From contig JBOEGD010000002.1 of the NCBI GenBank assembly GCA_050633245.1, positions 55,006-119,005 of the forward strand: a stretch of DNA of 64,000 nt. Direction: 5' to 3'. The notes under the pieces are model-generated. The model did not search any database, was not told the origin of the DNA, and saw only the letters and a program-made list of their open reading frames with translations. Source of the DNA: Calditrichia bacterium. GTDB taxonomy: Bacteria; Calditrichota; Calditrichia; RBG-13-44-9; J075. The translations under genes were made by a program, and so were the position numbers. Positions within the stretch are counted from its first letter, which is position 1. The number at the start of each line of letters is the position of its first letter. Of this stretch, positions 1-10,269 are shown piece after piece.

Positions 1-8
1 TGTAGAAA

Positions 9-83
9 TTGTCTGATAATTACACTGCTACATTGTCGGAATACCCCCGGTGTAGTATATTCCAATATGCGTCTGTCAGACAA
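9..83. promoter_or_regulatory. Two inverted GntR/FadR-type operator-like sites (TTGTCTGATAA 9-19; CTGTCAGACAA 73-83) upstream of the crotonase gene
   Basis: Both resemble the TNGT-N3-ACNA palindromes bound by FadR-subfamily GntR regulators. They are also mutually complementary, so a hairpin reading is possible. Confidence 0.3.
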
Positions 84-177
84 TATGTTTCTGCGCAATA
101 AAATGATTTGAAGAGAAGTTGCAAGTACACCTCTTGCAACTCTTATTATGCACCAAACCGGTAATCTCGGAGCACGC

Positions 178-960
178 ATGTCCAGCACGCCAACAGTACT
201 TGCAGAAAAACGCGACACCTATGCCATAGTCACGCTTAATCGTCCTGAAAAGCTAAATGCCCTGAATTCAAAAACCGTTCAGCTCCTCGGTAACATCATG
301 AAGGATATGAACGCAGATAGCGCTATTCGGGCGGTCATTGTAACAGGCGCGGGCCCAAAAGCATTTGTCGCCGGGGCAGACATTCAGGAAATCAGCGCTC
401 TGGAAGGCAAAGGAGGAGACTTTTCAGCAGCAGGACAGCAGGTATTTCGGGCTATCGAAAAAATGGACAAGCCGGTCATTGCTGCAGTTAACGGATTTGC
501 GCTGGGTGGCGGATGCGAGCTTGCCCTATCCTGCCATATTCGCATTGCATCAGACAATGCAAAGTTCGGTCTTCCGGAAATAACGCTTGGAGTTATCCCT
601 GGCTATGGTGGAACACAGCGTTTGCCAAGGCTAATCGGCAAAGCACAAGCGCTTCAGCTTATGCTAACTGGTGAAATGGTGACTGCTGAAAAAGCAGCAT
701 CACTGGGATTGGTTAATGAGGTACTAACCGCCGAAGATCTGATGCCAAGGGCAGAGAAAATGGCATCTAAAATTGCCTCGCTCGCTCCTGTGGCGGCAAA
801 ACTCATTTTAGAAAGCGTTACCAAAGGATTGGAAACAGACCTCGATAACGCGCTGGCAATAGAGGCAACAAATTTTGGAGCAGCCTGCGCAACAGAAGAC
901 GCCAAGATCGGCACATCGGCCTTTTTGGAAAAACGTAAACCCGAATTCACAGGAAAGTGA
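178..960 (+). CDS. Enoyl-CoA hydratase/crotonase (3-hydroxybutyryl-CoA dehydratase-like)
   Basis: TLNRPEKLNAL, AFVAGADI, NGFALGGGCELA and FGLPEITLGVIPGYGGTQRLPR motifs. Start placed at ATG 178 after GGAG. Confidence 0.93.
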   Translation: MSSTPTVLAEKRDTYAIVTLNRPEKLNALNSKTVQLLGNIMKDMNADSAIRAVIVTGAGPKAFVAGADIQEISALEGKGGDFSAAGQQVFRAIEKMDKPVIAAVNGFALGGGCELALSCHIRIASDNAKFGLPEITLGVIPGYGGTQRLPRLIGKAQALQLMLTGEMVTAEKAASLGLVNEVLTAEDLMPRAEKMASKIASLAPVAAKLILESVTKGLETDLDNALAIEATNFGAACATEDAKIGTSAFLEKRKPEFTGK

Positions 961-973
961 GCATCCGGGAATA

Positions 974-2029
974 ATGAAAAACAACGCCCTGTTAATTTCC
1001 GACCGGAAAACATTTATCGAGCACTTCACCGGACTGCTGAAATCGAACAATTTCAGTATCCAGAGAACTGCAGATTTTGAAAGCTGGTATATAGATCCGG
1101 ACAAGTTCAGTTTCGATATCTGCTTTATTGATAATCCTGATCAGGTCTTCAACTACGAGCTATTCTTTAATCACATCAATCGCAGAAATCCTCAATCTAT
1201 AGTCGTTAATGTTGGAAGCGAAGATTCCATAAAATCGTACAATCACAATCTGTTGTTTGGCGCGAACGCCATTGATGACAGCGTTGGAATGGAATCGTTC
1301 GTAAAAAACATGGGTGAGTTTTTGAAGCGTGCCAATACGCGAACCGAGCTGGCCGCGATGTTAATTCACGATATTCGATCACCGCTTAACAGCCTTATTG
1401 CTTATATTCAACTTTTGCTAAACAACACCTTCGGTGAACTTAATGAGGGACAGAGCAATATGCTTGAAAAGGCAATGGTATTAGGCGATCAGACACTTGA
1501 TATGCTTGAAGATATGAACGAGGTTTACAAGAGCGAACAGTTCTCGTTTACTTTGGATAAGGACATCTTCCCCATAAGGAAGGTCATTGAGAATGCCATG
1601 CTGAACCTGTGGGTTCAGGCCGATAGAAAAGACATTAAGATCCGAAAAGAAGTCCCTGCAAAATTCCCATTGATGAAGGGAGATGCCTTTCAAATTCAAC
1701 GAATCTTTGTCAATCTTATCGAAAACGCAATCAAATATTCTCCGGAAGGATCGCAAATAAACATCAGCGCAATACATGAAAATAAACGTATGGCCGGCTT
1801 TTCAATTGCCGATAACGGTGGCGGAATTCCGGAAGATAAGCTGAAGTCTATTTTCCGAAAGTCGTATCGAATTAAAGATTCTGCTGCATTTCAAAAAGGC
1901 CATGGTCTGGGTTTATATATTTGTAAATTGATAATCAAGGCGCACAATGGCACCATCGAAGCGCAAAATAATGACATTGGTGGCGTGACCTTTAATTTTA
2001 CGCTGCCGATTCAGACTGAAGGCAAGTAG
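974..2029 (+). CDS. Cytoplasmic sensor histidine kinase with degenerate receiver-like N-terminus
   Basis: H-box LIHDIRSPL, N-box NLIENAIKYS, G1 ADNGGGI, G2 GHGLGLYI. No TM segment. Start at ATG 974 inferred. Confidence 0.88.
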   Translation: MKNNALLISDRKTFIEHFTGLLKSNNFSIQRTADFESWYIDPDKFSFDICFIDNPDQVFNYELFFNHINRRNPQSIVVNVGSEDSIKSYNHNLLFGANAIDDSVGMESFVKNMGEFLKRANTRTELAAMLIHDIRSPLNSLIAYIQLLLNNTFGELNEGQSNMLEKAMVLGDQTLDMLEDMNEVYKSEQFSFTLDKDIFPIRKVIENAMLNLWVQADRKDIKIRKEVPAKFPLMKGDAFQIQRIFVNLIENAIKYSPEGSQINISAIHENKRMAGFSIADNGGGIPEDKLKSIFRKSYRIKDSAAFQKGHGLGLYICKLIIKAHNGTIEAQNNDIGGVTFNFTLPIQTEGK

Positions 2030-2042
2030 TGGGCTTCATATT

Positions 2043-2519
2043 ATGAACTCTTCCACCATTATTCGTTTGGATGATCGATTAATCCACGGACAAGTTGTCG
2101 TCGGTTGGGGATCGGTATACTCTTTCGACCGCATTATCGTTGCAAATGATGAGTTTGCTGCGAGTGACTGGGAAAAAGAGCTGCTGCTACTCGCCGCGCC
2201 GACGAGTGCCAATGCCGATGTACTGACGATCGCCGAAACCGCAGAACTGCTGCCTACGCTGCACGAGGAAAGCTCGAATGCGATCGTTCTGCTTAACAGT
2301 CCCGACGACTTGCTAAGGCTGTGCAACGCCGTCCCCTCTCTGAAAAAAGTAAACCTGGGTGGTCTTCACTTCAAACCGGGTCGATCTGAAATCCTTCGCT
2401 ACTTGTTTATGAACCAAGAGGAAATATCCCTTTTTAAGCTTCTGATGGACGAAGGTGTCAATTTCGAATGTTTGGATGTGCCCGGTGGTGACCCCAAAGA
2501 CCTCGCAGCCCTTATCTAA
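2043..2519 (+). CDS. PTS mannose/fructose/sorbose-family EIIB subunit
   Basis: RLDDRLIHGQV with the phospho-His, IIVAND, and VNLGGLH motifs. Confidence 0.92.
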   Translation: MNSSTIIRLDDRLIHGQVVVGWGSVYSFDRIIVANDEFAASDWEKELLLLAAPTSANADVLTIAETAELLPTLHEESSNAIVLLNSPDDLLRLCNAVPSLKKVNLGGLHFKPGRSEILRYLFMNQEEISLFKLLMDEGVNFECLDVPGGDPKDLAALI

Positions 2520-2826
2520 TCAATTAGATCCCCCCTCTTGGCTATTGCACTTCTGCAATGTCTATATCTGTATACTCAATAATGTGTTGGATTTAGATAG
2601 TGGTGGAAACACTTGTGAGGGGACAATCTGCATCGTTCCATATAAAGACTTTTTGAACAGCCATTACCATCTTTTGCCGGAAATGTGATGGTAACAGCAT
2701 ACTTATTGCATACGGCCTTTCCAAATAGTTACTGCGTACTATGAATGATTCAACCTACGAACCGAATGTCTTCGGCGCGCAAACCTGAACAGAAGCAGCC
2801 ATTATCAGGAAAGGCCTGGCGGGTTG

Positions 2827-3009
2827 TCAGGCTACGACTTCGTGCATACGAAGATATTCTTGTCTGAATTTTTCTGCGTGTCCTTCAGTAAACCAAGTAA
2901 TAATCGCTTCTGTAAGCGAAATGGCCTGCTGTTCTTCGTCAGATAAAGAGTCATAATATTCCTGAATCGCTTCCAGTTGCGAATGATAAAAACTATTTCC
3001 CAAATCCAT
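2827..3009 (-). CDS. 60-aa small acidic protein (DUF4032-like helical motif), paralog of the upstream gene
   Basis: SD AAGGGG upstream of the ATG. ISLTEAIITWFTEG matches ISFSEAISLWLNEG in the neighbouring gene. Confidence 0.7.
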   Translation of the reverse strand: MDLGNSFYHSQLEAIQEYYDSLSDEEQQAISLTEAIITWFTEGHAEKFRQEYLRMHEVVA

Positions 3010-3071
3010 GGTATTTCCCCTTTACTAATTCACGGTAAATTAAGCATGCGGTTTAGCGCCAGCAAAATCAA

Positions 3072-3236
3072 TTAAATATACGCGTCTTTTGGAGCGTGTG
3101 AACTCCCTGAACGTCGGACACCTTCGTTGAGCCAGAGTGATATCGCTTCAGAGAAAGAAATGGGCCGTTTGAATTCCTTGACCTTCTTTTCCCTGAAGGC
3201 GAGAATCATTCTGAGTTTCTCAGATGATCTCATCAT
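3072..3236 (-). CDS. 54-aa small basic protein (DUF4032-like motif)
   Basis: SD AAAGGAG before ATG 3236. Sits directly downstream of a sigma54 consensus and shares the IS.SEAI..W..EG motif with 2827-3009. Confidence 0.65.
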   Translation of the reverse strand: MMRSSEKLRMILAFREKKVKEFKRPISFSEAISLWLNEGVRRSGSSHAPKDAYI

Positions 3237-3262
3237 AACAAATCTCCTTTTTCTTCTCAAAA

Positions 3263-3278
3263 AGCAACTATAGTGCCA
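3263..3278 (-). promoter_or_regulatory. Sigma54 (RpoN) -24/-12 promoter
   Basis: Minus strand reads TGGCAC-TATAG-TTGCT, an exact match to TGGCAC-N5-TTGCW, just upstream of the SD of 3072-3236. Confidence 0.75.
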
Positions 3279-3588
3279 CGATTGTTTATACCGGATTATT
3301 TTGCAAGAGTTGCGTAAAACCGCAATTTTTCTGTTTTGTCAGCCGGCCTTCTCAAAAAAGATGATGAGATTTTCGACCCCTCCAACACTCAAGGTGATGC
3401 GAATTACGACACTTTGCGTCTGCCAAAATACAAGACACAAAGCAAGTTGCTTCAAACGTCTAGAGTATGAGGGGAGCACTAAATCCTTGTGAGGCTAACC
3501 ATGCAATCCAGTATGGTATATGTATAGAGATTATCAAATCTGCCAACGCGCGACATTGACGGCGGTCATAAATACATTTTTTTTGGAA

Positions 3589-4023
3589 TTAATACGAAGG
3601 GGAGTCTGGAAAACGTGAAAAATGGGCAACCTTTTCGAAATCACTTAGCTGAAATCCATCCTTGTCTGCCAAATAGGTTGAATGTGAAGAGCCCAACTGC
3701 GCCAGAGTCAGCCAGCGAAAATCACTGTGTTCTTCTGAAAGGCGGAGCTGGCCGGACGAAATACAACAGAGATAGTTAATGGATAGAAGTTGACCGATTC
3801 CAACCACTGTCCCAAACCAGGTGTCGACAATTCCACGAGACCTTACGCGGAGTCCGGTTTCCTCCAGTACCTCACGCTTCATACCAGAAAGAGGCTCTTC
3901 GTGCAGCTCGAGGCGACCTCCCGGTGGTCCCCATACTAACGGCGGATTTGTACGTTTTAACAACAGAAAGGCATCCTGTCGCATAATGTAGGCAGTAACT
4001 GCCACTCGGTGCGTCAACTCCAT
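3589..4023 (-). CDS. NUDIX hydrolase
   Basis: Nudix box PGGRLELHEEPLSGMKREVLEETGL and a C-terminal LSEEHSDFRW. Confidence 0.92.
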   Translation of the reverse strand: MELTHRVAVTAYIMRQDAFLLLKRTNPPLVWGPPGGRLELHEEPLSGMKREVLEETGLRVRSRGIVDTWFGTVVGIGQLLSINYLCCISSGQLRLSEEHSDFRWLTLAQLGSSHSTYLADKDGFQLSDFEKVAHFSRFPDSPSY

Positions 4024-4027
4024 GCTA

Positions 4028-4444
4028 TTAGCTTTCGATTGGGGAATCCAGGCCTAATGCTGCCTGCAGGACTTCCGGAATACGGCAGGGGCGACCTTTA
4101 AGGTTCACGCAAACCCAGGTGACATCTGCCTTTACAACCAGCCTATCATCACTGCTTCGTCTCAATACCTGTTCAAAAACACCACCCACCTTGCGGTTGG
4201 ATTTAACAGACGTATTGAGATAGAGTTCGTCGCCCGGTTCTGCGGACAAATGATAGACAATCTCGATTTGACGAATGAGAACCATGACCCCGGCTTCTTT
4301 TAGCGCCTTCAGAGTAATTCCTCGCCGATGAAGCAACTCCATGCGACCAAATTCAAGGTAATTCACATAGGTTGCATTATTAACGTGGCCATATGAGTCG
4401 CATTCATACGAGCGAACGGTTAGCTTCGAGATGCTTGGTTTCAT
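4028..4444 (-). CDS. Acyl-CoA thioesterase (4HBT/YbgC hotdog family)
   Basis: VRSYECDSYGHVNNATYVNYLEFGR motif. Start at ATG 4444 after GAGG. Confidence 0.9.
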   Translation of the reverse strand: MKPSISKLTVRSYECDSYGHVNNATYVNYLEFGRMELLHRRGITLKALKEAGVMVLIRQIEIVYHLSAEPGDELYLNTSVKSNRKVGGVFEQVLRRSSDDRLVVKADVTWVCVNLKGRPCRIPEVLQAALGLDSPIES

Positions 4445-4530
4445 TCTATTCCTCTGCTTTAGAGCATTTCCCAAGTAAGATAGCAAAACTTCTTTTTTGT
4501 GCCAAGGTAATCATGAGCGGGCAAAAACCG

Positions 4531-4624
4531 GTGTCAGGTGTCAGGTGTCAGAAACCAAAGTCAGAAAAGAAGGCCAGAAAAGAAAGGCAGATCACCAGTC
4601 ATTGAACTTTGAACTTTGAACTTT
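4531..4624. repeat. Short heptamer tandem repeats (GTGTCAG x3; GAACTTT x3)
   Basis: Read directly from the intergenic sequence. Confidence 0.6.
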
Positions 4625-4700
4625 CCCATTATTGTGCATTTTTTTTACACTCATTTAGGTTGTTAAAAAACACATGTGCATCGAAACGTCATTTAATTAT

Positions 4701-4716
4701 TGGCACGTAGTTTGTA
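4701..4716 (+). promoter_or_regulatory. Sigma54-type -24/-12 promoter
   Basis: TGGCAC-GTAGT-TTGTA, one mismatch to TTGCW. Confidence 0.55.
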
Positions 4717-4727
4717 ATTAGTTAATT

Positions 4728-4850
4728 CGCAAAGCGACTGTTACTATCCCAATAGTCGATTAGCAAAAACAGTTATAAAATCCCCTCCCTCCATCCCAGA
4801 GAGCCGGAAACCAAAGCGAGAGCTGAGGCGTCCGGCTCTTATTTTTTTTC
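4728..4850 (+). ncRNA. Candidate sigma54-dependent small RNA with C-rich single-stranded tract and intrinsic terminator
   Basis: 5' hairpin (GACTGTT/AACAGTT), CCCCTCCCTCCATCCC tract at 4782-4797, stem AGAGCCGGA/TCCGGCTCT followed by a U-tract. No ORF. Confidence 0.45.
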
Positions 4851-5039
4851 CTTAGGTTTATTACCTGCTGAAATCTTCTCAGCCAACGGGCGCTTATTAA
4901 AATCACTGTTGCTCATTATCATTTCTTTCCGGCAAAACAGTCTTTTTTTTTCAAGCCATATTTACTAAGTTTTCATGTTTTGTATGACGAAACAGTTATT
5001 ACGACCTACTAATGGCGAATACCTTTCTGGAGACTTGAA

Positions 5040-6401
5040 ATGAAAAAAATCCTCATCCTCGGGGCTGGACAAAGTGCCCCCTACCTAATCGACTACCTTT
5101 TAAAAGAATCCATCGCGAACAATTGGTTTGTAACGGTCGGAGATCTCGATGAGGAACAAGCTCGCTCAGCGATCGGCACTCACCCAAATGGCAACGCGAT
5201 TCGCTTCGACGTCAATGATTCTGCTATGCGTAAACAGCAGATCGAACAGGCCGATGTAGTCGTGAACTTCCTGTCACCAGTCTTTCAATACATTGTCGCC
5301 CACGACTGTATTCACTGCAAGACACACATGGTTTCGGCCTCCTATGCCAATAAGAAGGTGATAGATATGGCCGCAGATGCACAAAGAAACGGCGTTTTGA
5401 TATTAAACGAGATGGGACTCGATCCCGGTATCGATCATATGTCTGCAATGAAATTGATTCACTATGTGCAGGAAAATGGTGGACAAATTTCGTCTTTCGT
5501 TTCCTATGGTGCCGGGCTTCCCGCACCGGAAGTAGCAGATAATCCGCTGCGTTACTGCATTACATGGAACGCGCGCAACGTTGCCCGTGCTGGAGAAGTC
5601 GGTGCGCTCTATATGGAGGATGGAAAGCGCAAGCTGCTGTCGCACCACAACGTTTTTAATCGCACCTGGCCGGTAGAAGTTGAAGGTCTTGGCACATTTG
5701 AGGCCATTGCCAACCGCAACTCCCTAATCTATCGCAATCTGTTTGGCTTGCCGAATGTGCACACAATTATCCGCGGAACCTTGCGTTATCCGGGATGGAG
5801 TGAAACTTGGAATCAAGTTATAAAGCTCGGCTTCCCAAATGACAATATGCCTATTCCAAATGCCGCAGAAATGAGCTATCGCGAACTGACTCAGATGTTT
5901 CTGCCGATTCATCTTTCCGGTTCAAATTTGGAAAGACGTGTAGCGAATTACTTGAATATCAATCCAACCGGCAAAATTATGCAAAACCTGAAATGGCTGG
6001 GATTGTTTTCGGATGAAATAATCGGTGGAAAGGTCTCTACTGCCGCAGATATTCTGACGCAGCTATTGGTCAAGAAGCTACCGCTACCGCCAAACGGACG
6101 TGATATGGTCATATTGATTCACGAAGTCTACGCAGACTATCCGGGCGACAAGCCGAGGAGAGAGCATATAAAAACAACGCTTATCGATTATGGTCAGCCG
6201 GGTGGTTTTACGGCGATCTCTAAAACAGTTGGATTACCGGCCGCAATTGCGACCAAGCTTATCCTTACCGGCAAGCTTCCACTAACCGGTTGTCATATTC
6301 CAACATTGCCGACAATTTATCTGCCGGTATTAGAGGAATTGAAGCTGCATAATGTTGCTTTTGAGGAAGAAGTTCGTGAGTTGCCGCTGGAGGACAGTTA
6401 G
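5040..6401 (+). CDS. Saccharopine dehydrogenase (NAD(P)+, L-glutamate-forming; Lys9/AASS C-half type)
   Basis: ILILGAG Rossmann motif, NEMGLDPGIDHMSA, NPLRYCITW, RGTLRYPG and TVGLPAAIA. Confidence 0.92.
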   Translation: MKKILILGAGQSAPYLIDYLLKESIANNWFVTVGDLDEEQARSAIGTHPNGNAIRFDVNDSAMRKQQIEQADVVVNFLSPVFQYIVAHDCIHCKTHMVSASYANKKVIDMAADAQRNGVLILNEMGLDPGIDHMSAMKLIHYVQENGGQISSFVSYGAGLPAPEVADNPLRYCITWNARNVARAGEVGALYMEDGKRKLLSHHNVFNRTWPVEVEGLGTFEAIANRNSLIYRNLFGLPNVHTIIRGTLRYPGWSETWNQVIKLGFPNDNMPIPNAAEMSYRELTQMFLPIHLSGSNLERRVANYLNINPTGKIMQNLKWLGLFSDEIIGGKVSTAADILTQLLVKKLPLPPNGRDMVILIHEVYADYPGDKPRREHIKTTLIDYGQPGGFTAISKTVGLPAAIATKLILTGKLPLTGCHIPTLPTIYLPVLEELKLHNVAFEEEVRELPLEDS

Positions 6402-6460
6402 AGGTTGGCTAGAAGCAGGAGACGGATCATTGCATTGGCAACGTTGTCGAGGGTATAAAG

Positions 6461-6757
6461 ATGAAGATCAATAAAAGCTTTGTCGAGCAGCCCTGGTTTG
6501 CAGCGTTACTCTTCCTTGGCGTAATAATATGGAAATTCTACGATGATTTCACATGGCTTGAGCTCTTTTTTATCTGTGCTTTCGGATTGTCGATGGTTTG
6601 GTTTGCCATTAGTTTGGCATTTATTTTGTCGGAAGTACAATATTTTATTTCGACTGGTAAATGGAACTGTTTTTCGAGTCGTGAGTGGTTATCATATTTG
6701 TCTTCTATCCCCCTGTTGATGCTTATTACTCATATTAACTTCAACATTGTCTTTTAA
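6461..6757 (+). CDS. Hypothetical small membrane protein (about 3 TM)
   Basis: GAGGG SD, hydrophobic stretches, and a terminator immediately downstream. Confidence 0.55.
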   Translation: MKINKSFVEQPWFAALLFLGVIIWKFYDDFTWLELFFICAFGLSMVWFAISLAFILSEVQYFISTGKWNCFSSREWLSYLSSIPLLMLITHINFNIVF

Positions 6758-6778
6758 TTGTCCGACATTTACCTAAAC

Positions 6779-6810
6779 AAAAAAGCGCGGGTCTTAACCT
6801 GCGCTTTTTT
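6779..6810. terminator. Bidirectional intrinsic terminator
   Basis: A6-GCGCGGGT-loop-ACCTGCGC-T6 between convergent genes. A second hairpin GTGTCGAG/CTCGACAC lies at 6814-6835. Confidence 0.8.
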
Positions 6811-6878
6811 ACCGTGTCGAGATATTGCTCGACACCTACACCATAACTAATTCAATTCTACATCTTATTAATCGCGTC

Positions 6879-6968
6879 CATCCATGGTCGTATTCACCCA
6901 TGCCGCAAAACGGGTTTCATTCTGACCATCCATGCCGTAATACGGTTTCATCCTGACCATCCATGTTC
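6879..6968. repeat. Imperfect ~31-bp tandem repeat with CATCCATG core
   Basis: ccatgccgcaaaacgggtttcattctgaccat / ccatgccgtaatacggtttcatcctgaccat immediately after the LKR stop codon. Confidence 0.7.
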
Positions 6969-8282
6969 TTACACAATATGTTCACGCAAATGCTCAAAGC
7001 GTTCCATCAACTCACCATTGTGGGTAATTACTGCCCGCTTCATCGGAGCATCAATTTCCAGGTCTTCGATCTCATCATCATAATCTGCCGCGGCCAGTGC
7101 CGGCAGGAACTGCAGGAGCGAATCGCCAAATGCTTCAGTCGCTTCGCGTGGAAGTTCGGCAGGCAATTTGTCAATCGTCATCATTGCCACGCCTTTGCCG
7201 TCAAAGCCATCGGTCACTTCCCCATTGGCGGGATTATAAACATAGGTCGGCCTTCTAGATGTGGTTGCCTTAACCGTCATCTCAATTGAACCTTCAATGT
7301 CGCAGGTTATGTCACCAATCGCCTTCAGAGGAATGCCACCCTTTTGTTTAAAGGCAGCCTTCAAACCTTTTTGGGTAACGAGACGCGGATACTCAGGAGC
7401 CCAATAGATTCCATTTACAATTGCGCTTAAATATGGTAAATGCTCCTCAAAACGCCCCTGATAACGCTCGGGCTCACTAAAATAGGTAAGCAAATCAAAC
7501 GGTTCAACCACATCGATTGGTTCAAACATATCCGTTTCATAAAACTCTACAGAATAGACGTGACGATTAGAAAAATCACCACGCTCATAGAAACCTGCCA
7601 GCTCATCCGGCTGCAGGTGAATGACCGGAAGATACTTATACATTTTCTGTGCACCTTTGGAAACCTGGCCATATCCGGTAAACCCACAAACAAACGGCGT
7701 CAGCTCTTCCGGAAGTCCGTCAGTGATAATCTTGTCACCAAGTTCATCCAGTGCTGTTTCGGCATCGGCAAGCGAATCGTATGTGCTGGTTTGCTTGAGA
7801 TGGGTGAACGGAGAATCAACACCCAGTTTTTTCATACGTTGCCCTACCGTCCACAGCGTATTAATCAATCCGGCATAGCCGGCGAAGTTGCCAAAGAATA
7901 CTAAACGTCGGCCCTCGTCATTTGTAATCAGCTCATAATCCATCAGCGTGATGCCCTTGTCGGCTATCGCCTTCAGCATTTTCATGTTGTAGGGCTGAGC
8001 TTTAATGGTATGTGAAAAGAACAAATAGCGTTGGTTCGGCAGCAAATCAGCAATTGGAACTTCTTTTACACCGAGAATCAAATTGCAGCTCGATAGGTCT
8101 TTACTAACTTTGGCTCCGGCGGCTCGGTATTCTTTATCCGAAAAGACACGCGTATCAGAAGGCTCAACAATAACCGTCAAGTAATTTTCATCTATCAAAC
8201 GCTTCACCTGAGCAGGTGTCAGCGGCGCACGATGTTCTGTTTTATCTTTCGTTTCCCTGCGAATCCCAATACAGTCTTTCAT
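6969..8282 (-). CDS. Lysine-ketoglutarate reductase / saccharopine dehydrogenase (AlaDh_PNT_N fold; AASS N-half type)
   Basis: IGIRRETK..EHRAPLTP, LGVKEVP, FFSHTIKAQPYN, DYELI, FFGNFAGYAG, GDITCDIEGSIE and DKLPAELPREAT. Start at ATG 8282 after GGGAG. Confidence 0.9.
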   Translation of the reverse strand: MKDCIGIRRETKDKTEHRAPLTPAQVKRLIDENYLTVIVEPSDTRVFSDKEYRAAGAKVSKDLSSCNLILGVKEVPIADLLPNQRYLFFSHTIKAQPYNMKMLKAIADKGITLMDYELITNDEGRRLVFFGNFAGYAGLINTLWTVGQRMKKLGVDSPFTHLKQTSTYDSLADAETALDELGDKIITDGLPEELTPFVCGFTGYGQVSKGAQKMYKYLPVIHLQPDELAGFYERGDFSNRHVYSVEFYETDMFEPIDVVEPFDLLTYFSEPERYQGRFEEHLPYLSAIVNGIYWAPEYPRLVTQKGLKAAFKQKGGIPLKAIGDITCDIEGSIEMTVKATTSRRPTYVYNPANGEVTDGFDGKGVAMMTIDKLPAELPREATEAFGDSLLQFLPALAAADYDDEIEDLEIDAPMKRAVITHNGELMERFEHLREHIV

Positions 8283-8378
8283 CCTTGTTCTCCCTGCAAA
8301 AAACATCCATCCACATGTATCCTTTTCCAAACTTGGATATCCATCCTTACAATATACGCAGTTCGGAGACGATTTTAA

Positions 8379-9803
<1,425 letters not shown>

Positions 9804-9948
9804 GGTTACTTGCTCTCACTCCGCTGATAGACAGCGGAGTGAGAGAAGCTTTCTTCAAAAAACATCGCGTTCAGATTTCTAACATTCCAGTTGCAAAATT
9901 GTCCCTAGCTGCCTATTTTTTATCAGTTTCAATCAAAAGGATTTTAGT

Positions 9949-10269
9949 ATGGCAAAAGCAAAGCGCAGGAAAAGTCGTCGTAAGTCGCTCGAAATATCTA
10001 TGGCAGCATGGACGCTGATTGCCGTATTCGTCCTGTTGGTTTTATCTGCCTTCCTCACCGGTAATAGCAGCATGCTACAGCTTTACAAACTCCACAAACA
10101 AAAACTTGCTCTTGTAGAGCAGAAGCAACAGCTTGAAGAAAGTTCTATTCAGCTACGTGAAGAGGTGGCGCGCCTCGAAGAAGATCTGGACTATATCGAA
10201 AAGGTCGCGCGTGAAGAATACAATCTGACGCGTGCCAATGAAGAGATTTACGAAATCATTCCTGAGTAG
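9949..10269 (+). CDS. ftsB: Septum formation initiator FtsB/DivIC family
   Basis: Basic N-terminus, one TM, coiled coil and YIEKVAREEYNL motif. Canonical position after eno. Confidence 0.85.
   Translation: MAKAKRRKSRRKSLEISMAAWTLIAVFVLLVLSAFLTGNSSMLQLYKLHKQKLALVEQKQQLEESSIQLREEVARLEEDLDYIEKVAREEYNLTRANEEIYEIIPE

Noticed and set aside
2714-2816. SRP RNA or 6S RNA
   Set aside because: Contains GAAGCAGCC but lacks the SRP helix-8 CAGG...GGAA..AGCAG arrangement, and is too short with no clear central bubble for 6S.
4720-5039. Lysine riboswitch upstream of saccharopine dehydrogenase
   Set aside because: No recognisable L-box conserved motifs or five-way junction. Kept only as an unclassified sRNA/leader candidate.
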